A stretch of 64,000 bases of DNA from an uncultured Bacteroidales bacterium. GTDB taxonomy: Bacteria > Bacteroidota > Bacteroidia > Bacteroidales > Salinivirgaceae. Below are positions 41,022 to 50,783 of the stretch, in pieces. The number at the start of each line of letters is the position of its first letter. Position 1 is the stretch's first letter. The stretch lies in contig CAYPSX010000001.1 in NCBI GenBank assembly GCA_964413185.1, forward strand, positions 2,883 through 66,882, written 5' to 3'. Under the pieces are notes generated by a model that saw nothing but the letters and a program-made list of their open reading frames with translations, was not told the DNA's origin and did no database searches. The translations under genes and the position numbers were made by a program.

Positions 41022-41029
41022 TATCTTTG
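41022..41029 (+). promoter_or_regulatory. Sigma-A promoter (-7 TATCTTTG; -33 TTTG at about 41000-41003)
   Basis: Matches both Bacteroidota elements at plausible spacing, immediately upstream of the long hairpin. Confidence 0.65.
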
Positions 41030-41035
41030 ACTCAA

Positions 41036-41216
41036 CGTAAACGAATAAAAATTTAGTAGTCATTCTTCTGTTCCTAAATCGCCAGATTATTTAAAGCCCG
41101 GAAGAAGATATGCTAGTCACCATAAAGGGTGTTTGGCTATTTGGGTTTTATCCAGGGCAAGGTATTTGGCGATACCCGGAACGTGGAAAATCTAAATTTT
41201 GCTGACACCTTTTTTT
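41036..41216 (+). ncRNA. Candidate 6S-like structured RNA
   Basis: Nested stems 41048-56/41192-200, 41070-74/41178-82, 41078-86/41165-73 and 41096-102/41151-58, then a terminal hairpin; internal bubbles; upstream promoter; T7 run at 41210-41216. Confidence 0.5.
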
Positions 41217-41588
41217 ATGGAAGAATATACAGACGTATTAAAAAGCAAAACCTGTTTAATTATTAATATTTACGATTTCGATCGTCTCCTGCTGGAAGAG
41301 GTGCTGGAATCTTCGGGTGTTGATATCGTTTGTACTTCACCCGCCGGCTTCTTCGAAACACCTGTCTCAAAAAAAATTGATGTTGCAATAATTGATTTGG
41401 AAGAGCCTGCTGCGGATGAGCTTGATGCGCTTTTGCAAGAAATATTGAAACGATATAAGTGTCCCATAATTGGCATTACGGGTTACTCCTATTTCCCCTT
41501 AAAAGAAAGTAAAATAAATGCTATTGTCCACAAAATCAACATTGTCCCGAAATTGGTCGAAACCATTTTGCAGTGTATAAAGAGGTAA
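41217..41588 (+). CDS. Stand-alone atypical receiver (CheY-like) domain
   Basis: DVAIIDLEEP, PIIGITG and AIVHK match the receiver D/T/K positions. The start is reassigned to ATG 41217. Confidence 0.6.
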   Translation: MEEYTDVLKSKTCLIINIYDFDRLLLEEVLESSGVDIVCTSPAGFFETPVSKKIDVAIIDLEEPAADELDALLQEILKRYKCPIIGITGYSYFPLKESKINAIVHKINIVPKLVETILQCIKR

Positions 41589-41714
41589 GTTTTGAATATA
41601 ATAAAAGCCCCCGGAAATACAGTATTATTCTCATAAATCGAAAAATATGCTAATCAACGGGGACTTACCATAAGAATTTATTTCGAAAAATTGCGGGCAT
41701 TAGCATACCCGCCA

Positions 41715-41763
41715 GGAATTCATTTTTTTTCTGTTTGGCAGGATAATCATGAAAATGAATTCC
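41715..41763. terminator. Long inverted repeat in a convergent intergenic region
   Basis: Perfect 12-bp stem GGAATTCATTTT / AAAATGAATTCC, next to a GCGGG/CCCGC hairpin. Confidence 0.5.
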
Positions 41764-41780
41764 GGTTTTACATAAAAACA

Positions 41781-41987
41781 TTAATTTTCTACTTCAAAAG
41801 AAATTTTTGCATTTACTGCATAAGAAACAATTTTGTTGTTTTCAACATTTGCATTCATTTCTTTAATGTAAACCGATTTAATGTTTTTTACGGTTTTAGA
41901 TGCTTGTTCTACTGCATTTTGCGTTGCTTCTGTAAATCCTTTATCAGATGCAGCAATAACTTCAATAACTTTAACCATTTTGTTCAT
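41781..41987 (-). CDS. Dodecin family protein
   Basis: 68 aa; VKVIEVIAASDKGFTEATQNAV...YAVNAKISF. Confidence 0.85.
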   Translation of the reverse strand: MNKMVKVIEVIAASDKGFTEATQNAVEQASKTVKNIKSVYIKEMNANVENNKIVSYAVNAKISFEVEN

Positions 41988-42169
41988 AAGAATATTTTTT
42001 TGATTCTACAATTAATTAGTTTTGAATGTATTAATTAGACAAACCTAACTTCATTTTTGTTCAAAAAGATTTCCTGGTTCACACCCCAAAAAGCATCTAA
42101 TAGAAAAGGTTTAGAAAAGCCCGGTAATCTTTAATGGTTTCAAAATTACAGGGCACTTATTAATTACGA

Positions 42170-42469
42170 TTATTCCACGGTGCACTTTCCAATGCATTCA
42201 ATGATATTGCTCAACCGTTCGTGCTTCAAAAAATAATAAGTGTTTTTTCCTTCTCTTTTGGAACACAAAACGCCTTTATCTTTTAGTATTCCCAGGTGAT
42301 GAGAAGTTGTTGATTGTTCGATCTGGAGTTTTTGATGGATTTCAGTAACGGTCATTTTTTTACCGTCTTCCAAAAAACTCAGAATAGCGATGCGCATAGG
42401 GTGAGCAATGGCTTTGAGCATGCTGGCAGCGCTTTCTAATTGGTCAATATTGAGTTCAGATACTTTCAT
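42170..42469 (-). CDS. ArsR/SmtB family transcriptional regulator
   Basis: LKAIAHPMRIAIL, EQSTTSHHLGILK and REGKNTYY motifs. The start is reassigned to ATG 42469 because TATATTTG lies at 42499-42506. Confidence 0.9.
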   Translation of the reverse strand: MKVSELNIDQLESAASMLKAIAHPMRIAILSFLEDGKKMTVTEIHQKLQIEQSTTSHHLGILKDKGVLCSKREGKNTYYFLKHERLSNIIECIGKCTVE

Positions 42470-42542
42470 GATGTGGATTTTTACATATTTATGATATGCA
42501 AATATATGAATATTTTTAGAGTTAACTATGGAATTTTTTATA

Positions 42543-44126
42543 TTACAGAACACATAAAATTTTTACCGTAATAATTAATAGTACCATTGCAATAGGATAA
42601 ATGGTTGCATAAGCCACGTGCGGGGCATTGGTTTTGGTCATGGGATCGACGGCTGCTAGTGCCGGTGTACTGGTAACGGCTCCTGCAAGTGCGCCCAAAA
42701 ATGATAAAATGTTCATTTTCAGCCAAAGACTGTCAACTAAAACAATAAAAATAAGCGGCAGGAGGGTAATGGTTACGCCGTATAAAAACAATTCAATGCC
42801 ATATTGCCGGAAAGATTCTACAATATGGTTTCCGGCATTGGCACCTACTGCGACGAGAAAAAATATAAGCCCCAGTTGGCGCAACAATTGTGTTGCAGCT
42901 CCACTGAGCGTCCATACGAATGGCCCTGTTTTACCGGTTCTGCCCAAAAGTAAACCAATGAGCAAAACGCCGCCGGTTAACCCAAGGCTGAAAGCATAAT
43001 CGCCGAGCGAAACGGAAATATTCCCTAAAACATACCCAAGCACAACACCAATGGCAATTGGTAGAAAATCTGTATCGGAAAGGTCTTTGTTTGAATCGCC
43101 AAAAATGCGCACAATTGAGGGCATATCTGCAGTTTTGGCCGATACAATAATTTTATCGCCCATTTGCAATTTTACTTTCGAGTCGGGCACAATGTCTATT
43201 CCTGCACGGCGAATACGCGTAATAACTGCATTGTACGCCACAAGCATGTTTAGTTCCGGAATTGTGCGGTTTACAACTTCTTTATTGGTTACAAGAAGAG
43301 ACCTGACCGCATGGTTTTTTTCTAGCTTGATTTCTTCCTGCGTTTCCGGCCCCAGGAATTGTTCTATTTTTTCTAAAGATTCAGCAGTTCCAACAGCTCT
43401 GATAATGTCGCCTAAATGCACAACTGTTTCGGCCTGTACAGTTGCAGGTTTTCCTTTGTGTTTTATTCGGCTAATCATGGCTCCGGTAATTTGCCTGATA
43501 TTCAAATCGCGGATTATTTGCCCGTCGACATTTTCATTTTCTACCACAAAGTGTTTTTGGATGATGGCCGGGTGCTCCATTGCTTCTTCTTTTTGGAATT
43601 CTGTCTCGGCAGTTGCAATATCTTTCTTCAATAATTTTGGGAGCAACCTCACAAAAACAATTACGCCAATTACGCCAAAGGGATAAGAGATAGTGTAGCC
43701 GATTGAAGCCATTGGCGATCCGGTGATGTCAATGGCTGCGGCCAATCCGGGAGTACTCGACATGGCTCCGCTAAATAGTCCTACGGCAATATTTGAATCG
43801 ACTCCGAAAAGAGCGATCAGCAACCAGGTTAGCAAACCGCCTGTGAACATCACACCGGCAGCCAGCAGGGCCAACCGCCGACCGTCTTTTTTAAAAGATG
43901 CAAAAAAACCAGGTCCGGCTTGTATGCCAATTGTGTATAGGAACAGCACCAAGCCAATGGTTTGAATGGTGCCGGGTACTTTCAGTCCATAGTGGCCAAA
44001 AATCAGTGCCACAAACATCACGGCTGAAACGCCCAAACTTACGCCTTTTATGTTGATGCGTCCGAGTAAAAAACCGAGTGCAATAATGACGAAAATCAGG
44101 AAATTATCGTCTGTTAAAAAATCCAT
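42543..44126 (-). CDS. Aspartate:alanine exchanger (YidE/YbjL) family transporter with TrkA-C domains
   Basis: GLVLFLYTIGIQAGPGF, GAMSSTPGLAAA and GAVTSTPALAA motifs; two RCK_C domains. Confidence 0.9.
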   Translation of the reverse strand: MDFLTDDNFLIFVIIALGFLLGRINIKGVSLGVSAVMFVALIFGHYGLKVPGTIQTIGLVLFLYTIGIQAGPGFFASFKKDGRRLALLAAGVMFTGGLLTWLLIALFGVDSNIAVGLFSGAMSSTPGLAAAIDITGSPMASIGYTISYPFGVIGVIVFVRLLPKLLKKDIATAETEFQKEEAMEHPAIIQKHFVVENENVDGQIIRDLNIRQITGAMISRIKHKGKPATVQAETVVHLGDIIRAVGTAESLEKIEQFLGPETQEEIKLEKNHAVRSLLVTNKEVVNRTIPELNMLVAYNAVITRIRRAGIDIVPDSKVKLQMGDKIIVSAKTADMPSIVRIFGDSNKDLSDTDFLPIAIGVVLGYVLGNISVSLGDYAFSLGLTGGVLLIGLLLGRTGKTGPFVWTLSGAATQLLRQLGLIFFLVAVGANAGNHIVESFRQYGIELFLYGVTITLLPLIFIVLVDSLWLKMNILSFLGALAGAVTSTPALAAVDPMTKTNAPHVAYATIYPIAMVLLIITVKILCVL

Positions 44127-44130
44127 TGAT

Positions 44131-45477
44131 TTATTGTTTAATCAGTTTTTTGGTGAAAATGTTTTCGCGGTCAATCACTTTCAAAATATATGTGCCAGGG
44201 CTATAATCATGTCCAAAAACAATTTGCGGTGAGTTTTCGGCAGGAATGTTTGTAACGCACTGTCCGGAAATATCATAGACCTTAACAATCGCTTGTGGAC
44301 TTATAGCATTGGTAGTACTAATAATGAAATTACCCTGTGCAGGGTTGGGAAATACGCTGAAATAGTTTTTGGAATCAACAATGCCATTTCCTTCCTCTAC
44401 CGTAATCTGAAACGAGAAATTCACTTCATCGTTTGTTCCGTCCTCTAGTATCGCTGCTAATGAGTATATCCCGGCATCGTTAAAATCAGGAGAAAACTCA
44501 ATATTCACTGTTCCTGATGCGGGTTCTGAAAAACTGATAAAATCAGCATTGCAAAAAATACATTCTATACTAAAGCTTACTGTGTTTAAATCATCATCGT
44601 TAAAGCTGATGGTATAATTTTCGGTTTCGCCTTCAACCATGGTGAAATTATCGATAAAATCTTCAAAATAGGGGGGTGTATTAATGTTTCCCCAAATATC
44701 ATCAACATATTCAGGGTGGTCAATAAACGGGTTTCGGTTATTTTGGATATCGTAAATAGCATTGTTCCGGTCTATTTCTTTTTGGCTCACCGGATCTTGT
44801 TCGTGCCATTTTTTAAGCAGTGCCACACCAACAGTTGTCAAATCTGCACCGTTGACAAGTTCGTTGGAGTCCCAGCCATTATCTTCATTGTAATAGCGCG
44901 TAACCATGTAAAAATAATTGCGGGCAAAATCGCCTTTATAGGCATCGACAGGTTCAAAAACGGTTCCGCTCATATTGGAGAATGATGATTGCCCAACTTT
45001 GGAGCCGTTCAAAGATTCCCAGAAAGGGTCGCGCGTTTCGCCGTAAGGGTGATTGCTTCGTTGCCCATTGACGTAACCATCTGATGGTACAAGGTGAAAC
45101 AGGTCTGTGTCCATCGGGTAGCCCTCGTTGAACCAGCTTTTTGGCCAGGAGTGTTCGCGATTGTAACAATCGCCTTCATTTTGGTAGTTTCCGCATTGGT
45201 CGGAGCCAAATGTGAATTCATACGGCGGAGTGCCACCCGGAACATCAGAGTACATGTCCCATACTTTGCCATTACTTTTTTTGTCTGTATCCTCAAAATG
45301 ATACCAAAGGGAACTGTACGATTGCGAATTATGATTGTCAATAATTTCGTGTAGCGCCTGGCGTAAAGTTGTGCCTGTATGGCCATCTGCATCATCATAA
45401 TATCCTGATGGGATTTGTGAAAAAGCAGTGGTCGAAATAAAAATCAGTGCGAACAGTATGGTTTTATAAAAATACAT
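44131..45477 (-). CDS. Secreted endonuclease I family nuclease with a T9SS C-terminal domain
   Basis: Signal peptide; NREHSWPKSW, DLFHL, KGDFAR and NRNPFIDHP motifs; CTD VFPNPAQG...GTYILKV. Confidence 0.9.
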   Translation of the reverse strand: MYFYKTILFALIFISTTAFSQIPSGYYDDADGHTGTTLRQALHEIIDNHNSQSYSSLWYHFEDTDKKSNGKVWDMYSDVPGGTPPYEFTFGSDQCGNYQNEGDCYNREHSWPKSWFNEGYPMDTDLFHLVPSDGYVNGQRSNHPYGETRDPFWESLNGSKVGQSSFSNMSGTVFEPVDAYKGDFARNYFYMVTRYYNEDNGWDSNELVNGADLTTVGVALLKKWHEQDPVSQKEIDRNNAIYDIQNNRNPFIDHPEYVDDIWGNINTPPYFEDFIDNFTMVEGETENYTISFNDDDLNTVSFSIECIFCNADFISFSEPASGTVNIEFSPDFNDAGIYSLAAILEDGTNDEVNFSFQITVEEGNGIVDSKNYFSVFPNPAQGNFIISTTNAISPQAIVKVYDISGQCVTNIPAENSPQIVFGHDYSPGTYILKVIDRENIFTKKLIKQ

Positions 45478-45555
45478 AAAATAGGTTTTCTAATTTGTTG
45501 CAAAGATAAAGTCTTTTGGTGTGCGGTATAAATATTAAGGAACAATTCTATTCCT

Positions 45556-45593
45556 AAAAACCGGAAAGCCGCACCAGCATAAGCCGGCACGGC
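45556..45593 (-). terminator. Terminator after barrel gene B
   Basis: Minus-strand 11-bp GC-rich stem with G-U pairs (GCCGTGCCGGC / GCTGGTGCGGC), then TTTCCGGTTTTT. Confidence 0.55.
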
Positions 45594-45638
45594 ACCCAAA
45601 AACTTAACCCATGGAAGCTATAGCCTCAAAAGTTCGTC

Positions 45639-48020
45639 TTAAAACAAACCGTTGCCACCATCGCTTTCATATTCTGTGGATCGTTCTAATTTTTTAGGCT
45701 CTTGTCCCCATTTAAAATTGTAAGAAAGGGTAACCATGAATAATTGGCTCACATCTACACGGCCTTCCTGATATGCATAATAATTAGTTCCTGTGCGCTC
45801 GGTAGCATCATATTTGAATTTTTGGCTCATTGGATTGAAAACTGCTTTTACGCTGAAATTGTCTTTTATATCGGCATTTACACCAACTAAAAACAAAACA
45901 TCTCGTGTTCTTACTAATTTGTGGCCCAAACGCGGTCCCATGTACTGGGTTATGGCCATAAAGCTTATGTTTCGTTCTTTCCATGGTGTGAATATGGCTG
46001 ATCCGTTGGCACTGGCACTCCATAACGATTCAGAATAATTGTCTGAACCTCCGACTTTGACATTATAGATACGTCCGAACATATTAAGCCTGAACCAACG
46101 GAAAAAATTGACGGCAGAGGTTAATGATAATCCGTATTCTGTGCGTTCTCCAACGTTTTCTGGTTGTAATATCGTATATCCGGCTTCATTAATTGAATGT
46201 GACTGTTGAATACTGTTGGTCGTGTATTCGAAATAAGCTTTTGGTGCTATGTAGTTCGATTTAAAATTGATGGCGTATTGTAATTCTGCGCGGTTTATAA
46301 GTTGCGGATCCAAATCGGGATTACCGCTATTAATGGTAACGCTGTCGGTAAAGGTTTCAAACGGGTTCATCTGGTTTAAACTGGGGCGTGCTATGCGTCG
46401 GCGGGCGGTAAAGCGTAGCGATTGGCCTTTTTTAATTCCGTACATCAGGCTAAGTTGAGGAAGCCATTCCGTATACGTATTTGTCGCTTTCTGATCAATT
46501 CGATTGCGGGAATATATCATTCGTATACCCGTATTCCACTGTAATTTTCCAAAAGCTCCGTTGCCGTTCACATAGGCTTCTTGTCTGAGTTCATTGTAAA
46601 TAAAGTTACGATTTTGTCCGATTTCATTATTAAAATAGTTATCGTACCACTGGTAGTAACTCCAGTAACCGCCTTTTAGATTATAATTGCCGATTGGTAC
46701 AGCGTAATCGTTGCGCCATTCGACCATTTCGCGATGGTTTTCAATATCTTCGGAACGGTTTAAAATAAAAGGATTCGGTAAAAGGCTATCCAGGTAAGTG
46801 TATAAAAAACCATATTCGTTATTGGCATCTGATTTATACGTGTAGTAGTTTACCTGGCTGGTAAAATTGTGTCTTTTTCCTTTAAAATCGTGTTTATAAT
46901 ACAACGAGTTATACAAACCCCGGCCAATCGATTTCATGTTGGTCAGTAAATCGTACTCAGCAACTAAATTATTGTTGAATTTTTGAATTCCGTGTTCATC
47001 AATATCATCCTGAAAGCTACGATAAATATAGGAACTTCCATAATAGTTGATTGTGTTTTTTTCGTTAATGAAAACATCGAGGCCGTAATTCAAATTATTT
47101 CTTGTCCAGCTTGCATAGCCATCGCCTTCTTGTATCAAGTGAGTTTGATTTCCCGGTTCACCCACACGTGTTTCCTGTTTTGAAAAAGCTTTGTATGATT
47201 GGTAATTGAGGTTGTCTGACAAATAAACCCGAAACTTTTCGCCACCATATTCCAGATTAGCGCGATGATTACTGGCAATTTTTTTCGGATCTGCCAACGT
47301 AAGGCTGATGCCACCGCGACCTCCGGTTGGGCGTTTTTTTAGTACAATGTTGATAACAGCATCAATATCGGCATCGTACTCTACGCCCGGGTTGGTAATT
47401 ACTTCAACTTTGTTAAAATCTGCGGGGTTTAATTGTGCGATGAACTGTTGGTCGCGGGGAATATCATTTACCAGGTATAAAATATTTCCGGTTCCTTCGA
47501 GGGTGATATTATCCTGAAAATCGACACTAACACCGGGAATGTGTTTGAGTACATCTGTGCCGTTTTGCGATAACTTTTGTATTTTTTCATTAACCGTATA
47601 AACGGTGCGGTCTATTTCCTGTTTTCCTTTCAGGCGCTCTTCTTCTACAAGAATTTCGTTTAGTTTTTCTGCACTTGGCTCCAGTTTTATTTGTCCTATA
47701 TCGCACGAACTGTTTTCCGGTGAAACCTCAACGGCAAGAGTACATTTCTGATATCCCAGATAGCTAACTTGTAGTTCGTACCTGGCAAAATCAACGTTTT
47801 CGAGCACAAAAGTACCTTGTTCACTTGAAATTCCGCCGGTAACAATATTATGCGTTTTCAGGTCAATTAAAGCTACATTTGCATAGGGGATTGGCTGGTT
47901 TGAATGCTGCTCAACAATACTTCCGTGAATTTTACCGGGTTTTTCGTTGGCGTAAATATTTGCACTGCAAAAAATGGCGAGCGCAAACATAATTGCAATT
48001 AAAAATTTTTGTGTGTTCAT
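45639..48020 (-). CDS. Outer-membrane beta-barrel/TonB-dependent-receptor-like protein, paralog B
   Basis: Signal peptide, carboxypeptidase-regulatory-like domain, plug (IPGVSVD, VEVITNPG), barrel; 793 aa. Confidence 0.82.
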   Translation of the reverse strand: MNTQKFLIAIMFALAIFCSANIYANEKPGKIHGSIVEQHSNQPIPYANVALIDLKTHNIVTGGISSEQGTFVLENVDFARYELQVSYLGYQKCTLAVEVSPENSSCDIGQIKLEPSAEKLNEILVEEERLKGKQEIDRTVYTVNEKIQKLSQNGTDVLKHIPGVSVDFQDNITLEGTGNILYLVNDIPRDQQFIAQLNPADFNKVEVITNPGVEYDADIDAVINIVLKKRPTGGRGGISLTLADPKKIASNHRANLEYGGEKFRVYLSDNLNYQSYKAFSKQETRVGEPGNQTHLIQEGDGYASWTRNNLNYGLDVFINEKNTINYYGSSYIYRSFQDDIDEHGIQKFNNNLVAEYDLLTNMKSIGRGLYNSLYYKHDFKGKRHNFTSQVNYYTYKSDANNEYGFLYTYLDSLLPNPFILNRSEDIENHREMVEWRNDYAVPIGNYNLKGGYWSYYQWYDNYFNNEIGQNRNFIYNELRQEAYVNGNGAFGKLQWNTGIRMIYSRNRIDQKATNTYTEWLPQLSLMYGIKKGQSLRFTARRRIARPSLNQMNPFETFTDSVTINSGNPDLDPQLINRAELQYAINFKSNYIAPKAYFEYTTNSIQQSHSINEAGYTILQPENVGERTEYGLSLTSAVNFFRWFRLNMFGRIYNVKVGGSDNYSESLWSASANGSAIFTPWKERNISFMAITQYMGPRLGHKLVRTRDVLFLVGVNADIKDNFSVKAVFNPMSQKFKYDATERTGTNYYAYQEGRVDVSQLFMVTLSYNFKWGQEPKKLERSTEYESDGGNGLF

Positions 48021-48240
48021 GGGTTTAGGTTTTAAGGGTTTTTACCGAATTCCCGGGTCAGAAGAATTCAGATTTAAACGGGTTAATTATTTTCTATACT
48101 TTTTGTATAAACTTTTCACACATCGTGCCACACGAGCTTATAGTGCTTATATTCAGTGCTTTGTAAATCCACAAGCAACTTTTTAGGTACTATAAGTGTT
48201 CCTTTTCGGACACACGGAGGATGTTTTGCACAAAAAAAGT

Positions 48241-48276
48241 AGAAAAAGGCCGCTCCGAATTGCTCCGGAAACGGCC
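48241..48276 (-). terminator. Terminator between the two barrel genes
   Basis: Minus-strand GGCCG..TCCG / CGGA..CGGCC stem followed by TTTTTCT. Confidence 0.65.
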
Positions 48277-48329
48277 CTCCCAAAATTAACCCTGCAACTT
48301 AAACGCCATATCCGCAAGAATACGGGCAT

Positions 48330-50711
48330 TTACAAAGTGCCTCCTGTTCCATCTTGCTCGTAATCGGTAGAGCGATTAAGTTTTTTTGGTTTTTTGCCCC
48401 AACTGAATTTGTAAGAAAGTTCTGCAGCAAACAAGTAGGATAGATCAATTTCTCCCACATTTTTATAATAGTAATTATCATCGATTCGTTCTTGTGCCCC
48501 GTATGTAAAATGTCCGTTTATAGGTACAATAAAGGCAGATCCTTTCAGATTCTTGTAAATGGTAGCATCTACCCCGACAAAAAACAGCAAGTCTCGCGAA
48601 TTTTTTTGTTTAAACTGCAACCTCGTTCCCTGATATTGAGCAGAGACCATAAAACCAATCTCCTTCTCACTCCAGGGCGAAACGATTATTGCGCCATTTG
48701 CCCGCCAACTGGCCAGCTCATCTGAATAATTATCGGGCCCTTTTACTTTTGTGTTGAATATGCTTGCGTTCATATTTATTTTTAGCCATTTAAAAGGGCT
48801 TAATGCGGTTGTGAGAGACAGCCCATATTCATAACGTTCCCCAACATTTTCGGGTTGAATAATCGAAATGCCCTCATCGCTTATCCGGGAATTATTCTGC
48901 GCGCTGTTTGTTGTATAGTCAATATAAATTTTGGGGGCAATATAATTTGATTTTATATTGATGGCATATTGTAGTTCGGCCCGATTTAAAATTTGAGGCT
49001 CAAGCTTTGGGTTTCCCCGGTTGATGGTCAAGCTGTCTGTCATGGTTTCGAACGGATTGAGCTGATTCATTCCCGGTCGGTTTATTCTTCTGCGGGCAGA
49101 AAACTTTAACGAAGAGGTTTTAGATAATCCGTATTGCAAGCTCATTTGGGGTAACCATTCCAGATATTCATTGGTGGCCGATGAGTCGATGTTGCTGTGC
49201 GAATAAGCCAGTCGCAAACCACCATTATAATTGAGTTTCCCGAATGAGCCGGCACCACTTAAGTAGCCTTCCTGCCGCAGTTCATTGAATTTAAAATCAC
49301 GGTTGATATTTTGATCTGCCTGAAAGGTATTATTGTACCATTGATAATAACTCCAGTAACCAACCTTCATTTTAACATTTCCGATTACTTTAGAGAAATC
49401 GTTTTTCCATTGTACCATATTCCGGTTGTTATCAATATCTTCAAAACGTTTTACTTGCAGGGGTTCATCGAGTTCAGAATCAATAAAAGTATACGAATAA
49501 TTATATTTATTATTATCGGTTGATTGATAGTTGTAATAATTCATCTGACTGGTGATAGTCATTTTCTTTTCTTTATCGTCATGTTTATAATAAAAAGAGT
49601 TATACAGTCCTCCGCCTTCTGATTCATTATCCATTTGCAAACTATATTCATCTGTCAGCATTCCATTTAATCGTTTTTGCCCATGTTGCAAATAATCAAG
49701 GTGGTTGCTTTGGTGTAAATAATAGCTACCATACAAATTCACGGTATTTTTCTCATTAATAAAGATGTCGATGCCGTAACTGGTGTTATTGTTTAGCCAT
49801 TGTGCTGTGCCCTTTCCTTCTTCATACAAAGAGACTTGATTACCGTTTGTGGTTAACCGTGTTTCGGTTGTTTGAAACGCATTAAAATTCTCAGCATGCA
49901 GCCGGTCTGAAAGAAACACCCGGAATTTATTGTTACCATATTCAATACTGGCACGGTCGTTCATTACATATCCGTTGTGGCTGGGAGCTTGTACCGCAAT
50001 AGCAGCTCGCCCGCCCCTTCGTTTTTTCTTTAACACAACATTGATAACAGCCTGAATATCCGCATCGTACTCAACTCCCGGATTTGTTACGACTTCAACT
50101 TTATTGATATCTTCAGGATGAAGTTGCGCTATAAACTCTTTATCGCGTGTAACTCCGTCAACACGGTAAAGAATATTTCCGGTTCCTTCAAGCGTAATAT
50201 TATCCTGAAAATCGACCGACACGCCGGGAATGTACTTTAACAGGTCAATTCCGTCGGACGATGCATTTCTGACCTGATCATTCACATCATAAACGGTGCG
50301 GTCTACTTCCTGTTTTCCCTTTAAACGTTCCTCAGCTACAACAACCTCATCGAGCTGTTCTGCTGATGGTTCCAGCAAAATTTTTCCAACAGAAAGGGGG
50401 TTGTTTTTCTTTTTTAACTGAATTTCTAACGTTTCCTTTTTATAGCCTAAATACGATATTTCAAGTTCATATTCGCCGTAAGGAACGCTTTTTAGGCTGA
50501 AATGTCCATTTTCATTGGTAATAATGCCGGCCACAATTTCTGTCGTTCCCTTTTGCACTAAAGCAATATTTGCGTATGCAACGGGTTCCTGACTTTTACT
50601 TTCTCTAACTTCTCCTTCTACTATGCCTGGTGCAGGATTGGCATTTGCGACTGCCGAATAAAAAAGACATAAAAAAGACAGTACCGTAAGTATTGTAGTT
50701 TTCGGTTTCAT
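48330..50711 (-). CDS. Outer-membrane beta-barrel/TonB-dependent-receptor-like protein, paralog A
   Basis: Same architecture and length (793 aa); shares IPGVSVDFQDNITLEGTGNILY with paralog B. Confidence 0.82.
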   Translation of the reverse strand: MKPKTTILTVLSFLCLFYSAVANANPAPGIVEGEVRESKSQEPVAYANIALVQKGTTEIVAGIITNENGHFSLKSVPYGEYELEISYLGYKKETLEIQLKKKNNPLSVGKILLEPSAEQLDEVVVAEERLKGKQEVDRTVYDVNDQVRNASSDGIDLLKYIPGVSVDFQDNITLEGTGNILYRVDGVTRDKEFIAQLHPEDINKVEVVTNPGVEYDADIQAVINVVLKKKRRGGRAAIAVQAPSHNGYVMNDRASIEYGNNKFRVFLSDRLHAENFNAFQTTETRLTTNGNQVSLYEEGKGTAQWLNNNTSYGIDIFINEKNTVNLYGSYYLHQSNHLDYLQHGQKRLNGMLTDEYSLQMDNESEGGGLYNSFYYKHDDKEKKMTITSQMNYYNYQSTDNNKYNYSYTFIDSELDEPLQVKRFEDIDNNRNMVQWKNDFSKVIGNVKMKVGYWSYYQWYNNTFQADQNINRDFKFNELRQEGYLSGAGSFGKLNYNGGLRLAYSHSNIDSSATNEYLEWLPQMSLQYGLSKTSSLKFSARRRINRPGMNQLNPFETMTDSLTINRGNPKLEPQILNRAELQYAINIKSNYIAPKIYIDYTTNSAQNNSRISDEGISIIQPENVGERYEYGLSLTTALSPFKWLKINMNASIFNTKVKGPDNYSDELASWRANGAIIVSPWSEKEIGFMVSAQYQGTRLQFKQKNSRDLLFFVGVDATIYKNLKGSAFIVPINGHFTYGAQERIDDNYYYKNVGEIDLSYLFAAELSYKFSWGKKPKKLNRSTDYEQDGTGGTL

Positions 50712-50783
50712 GGGTTTGGGTTTTAAGGGTTAATTAATGTAATCGGAAAATTCGGGTTAAAAATTTGCCGATTCTATTCTTAT

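Noticed and set aside
48021-48329. Cobalamin or TPP riboswitch, or a RiPP precursor ORF, near the receptor and radical SAM genes
   Set aside because: No consensus boxes are visible. The only minus-strand ATG ORFs found were 7-9 codons long (MAFKLQG, MCEKFIQKV) with no supporting features.
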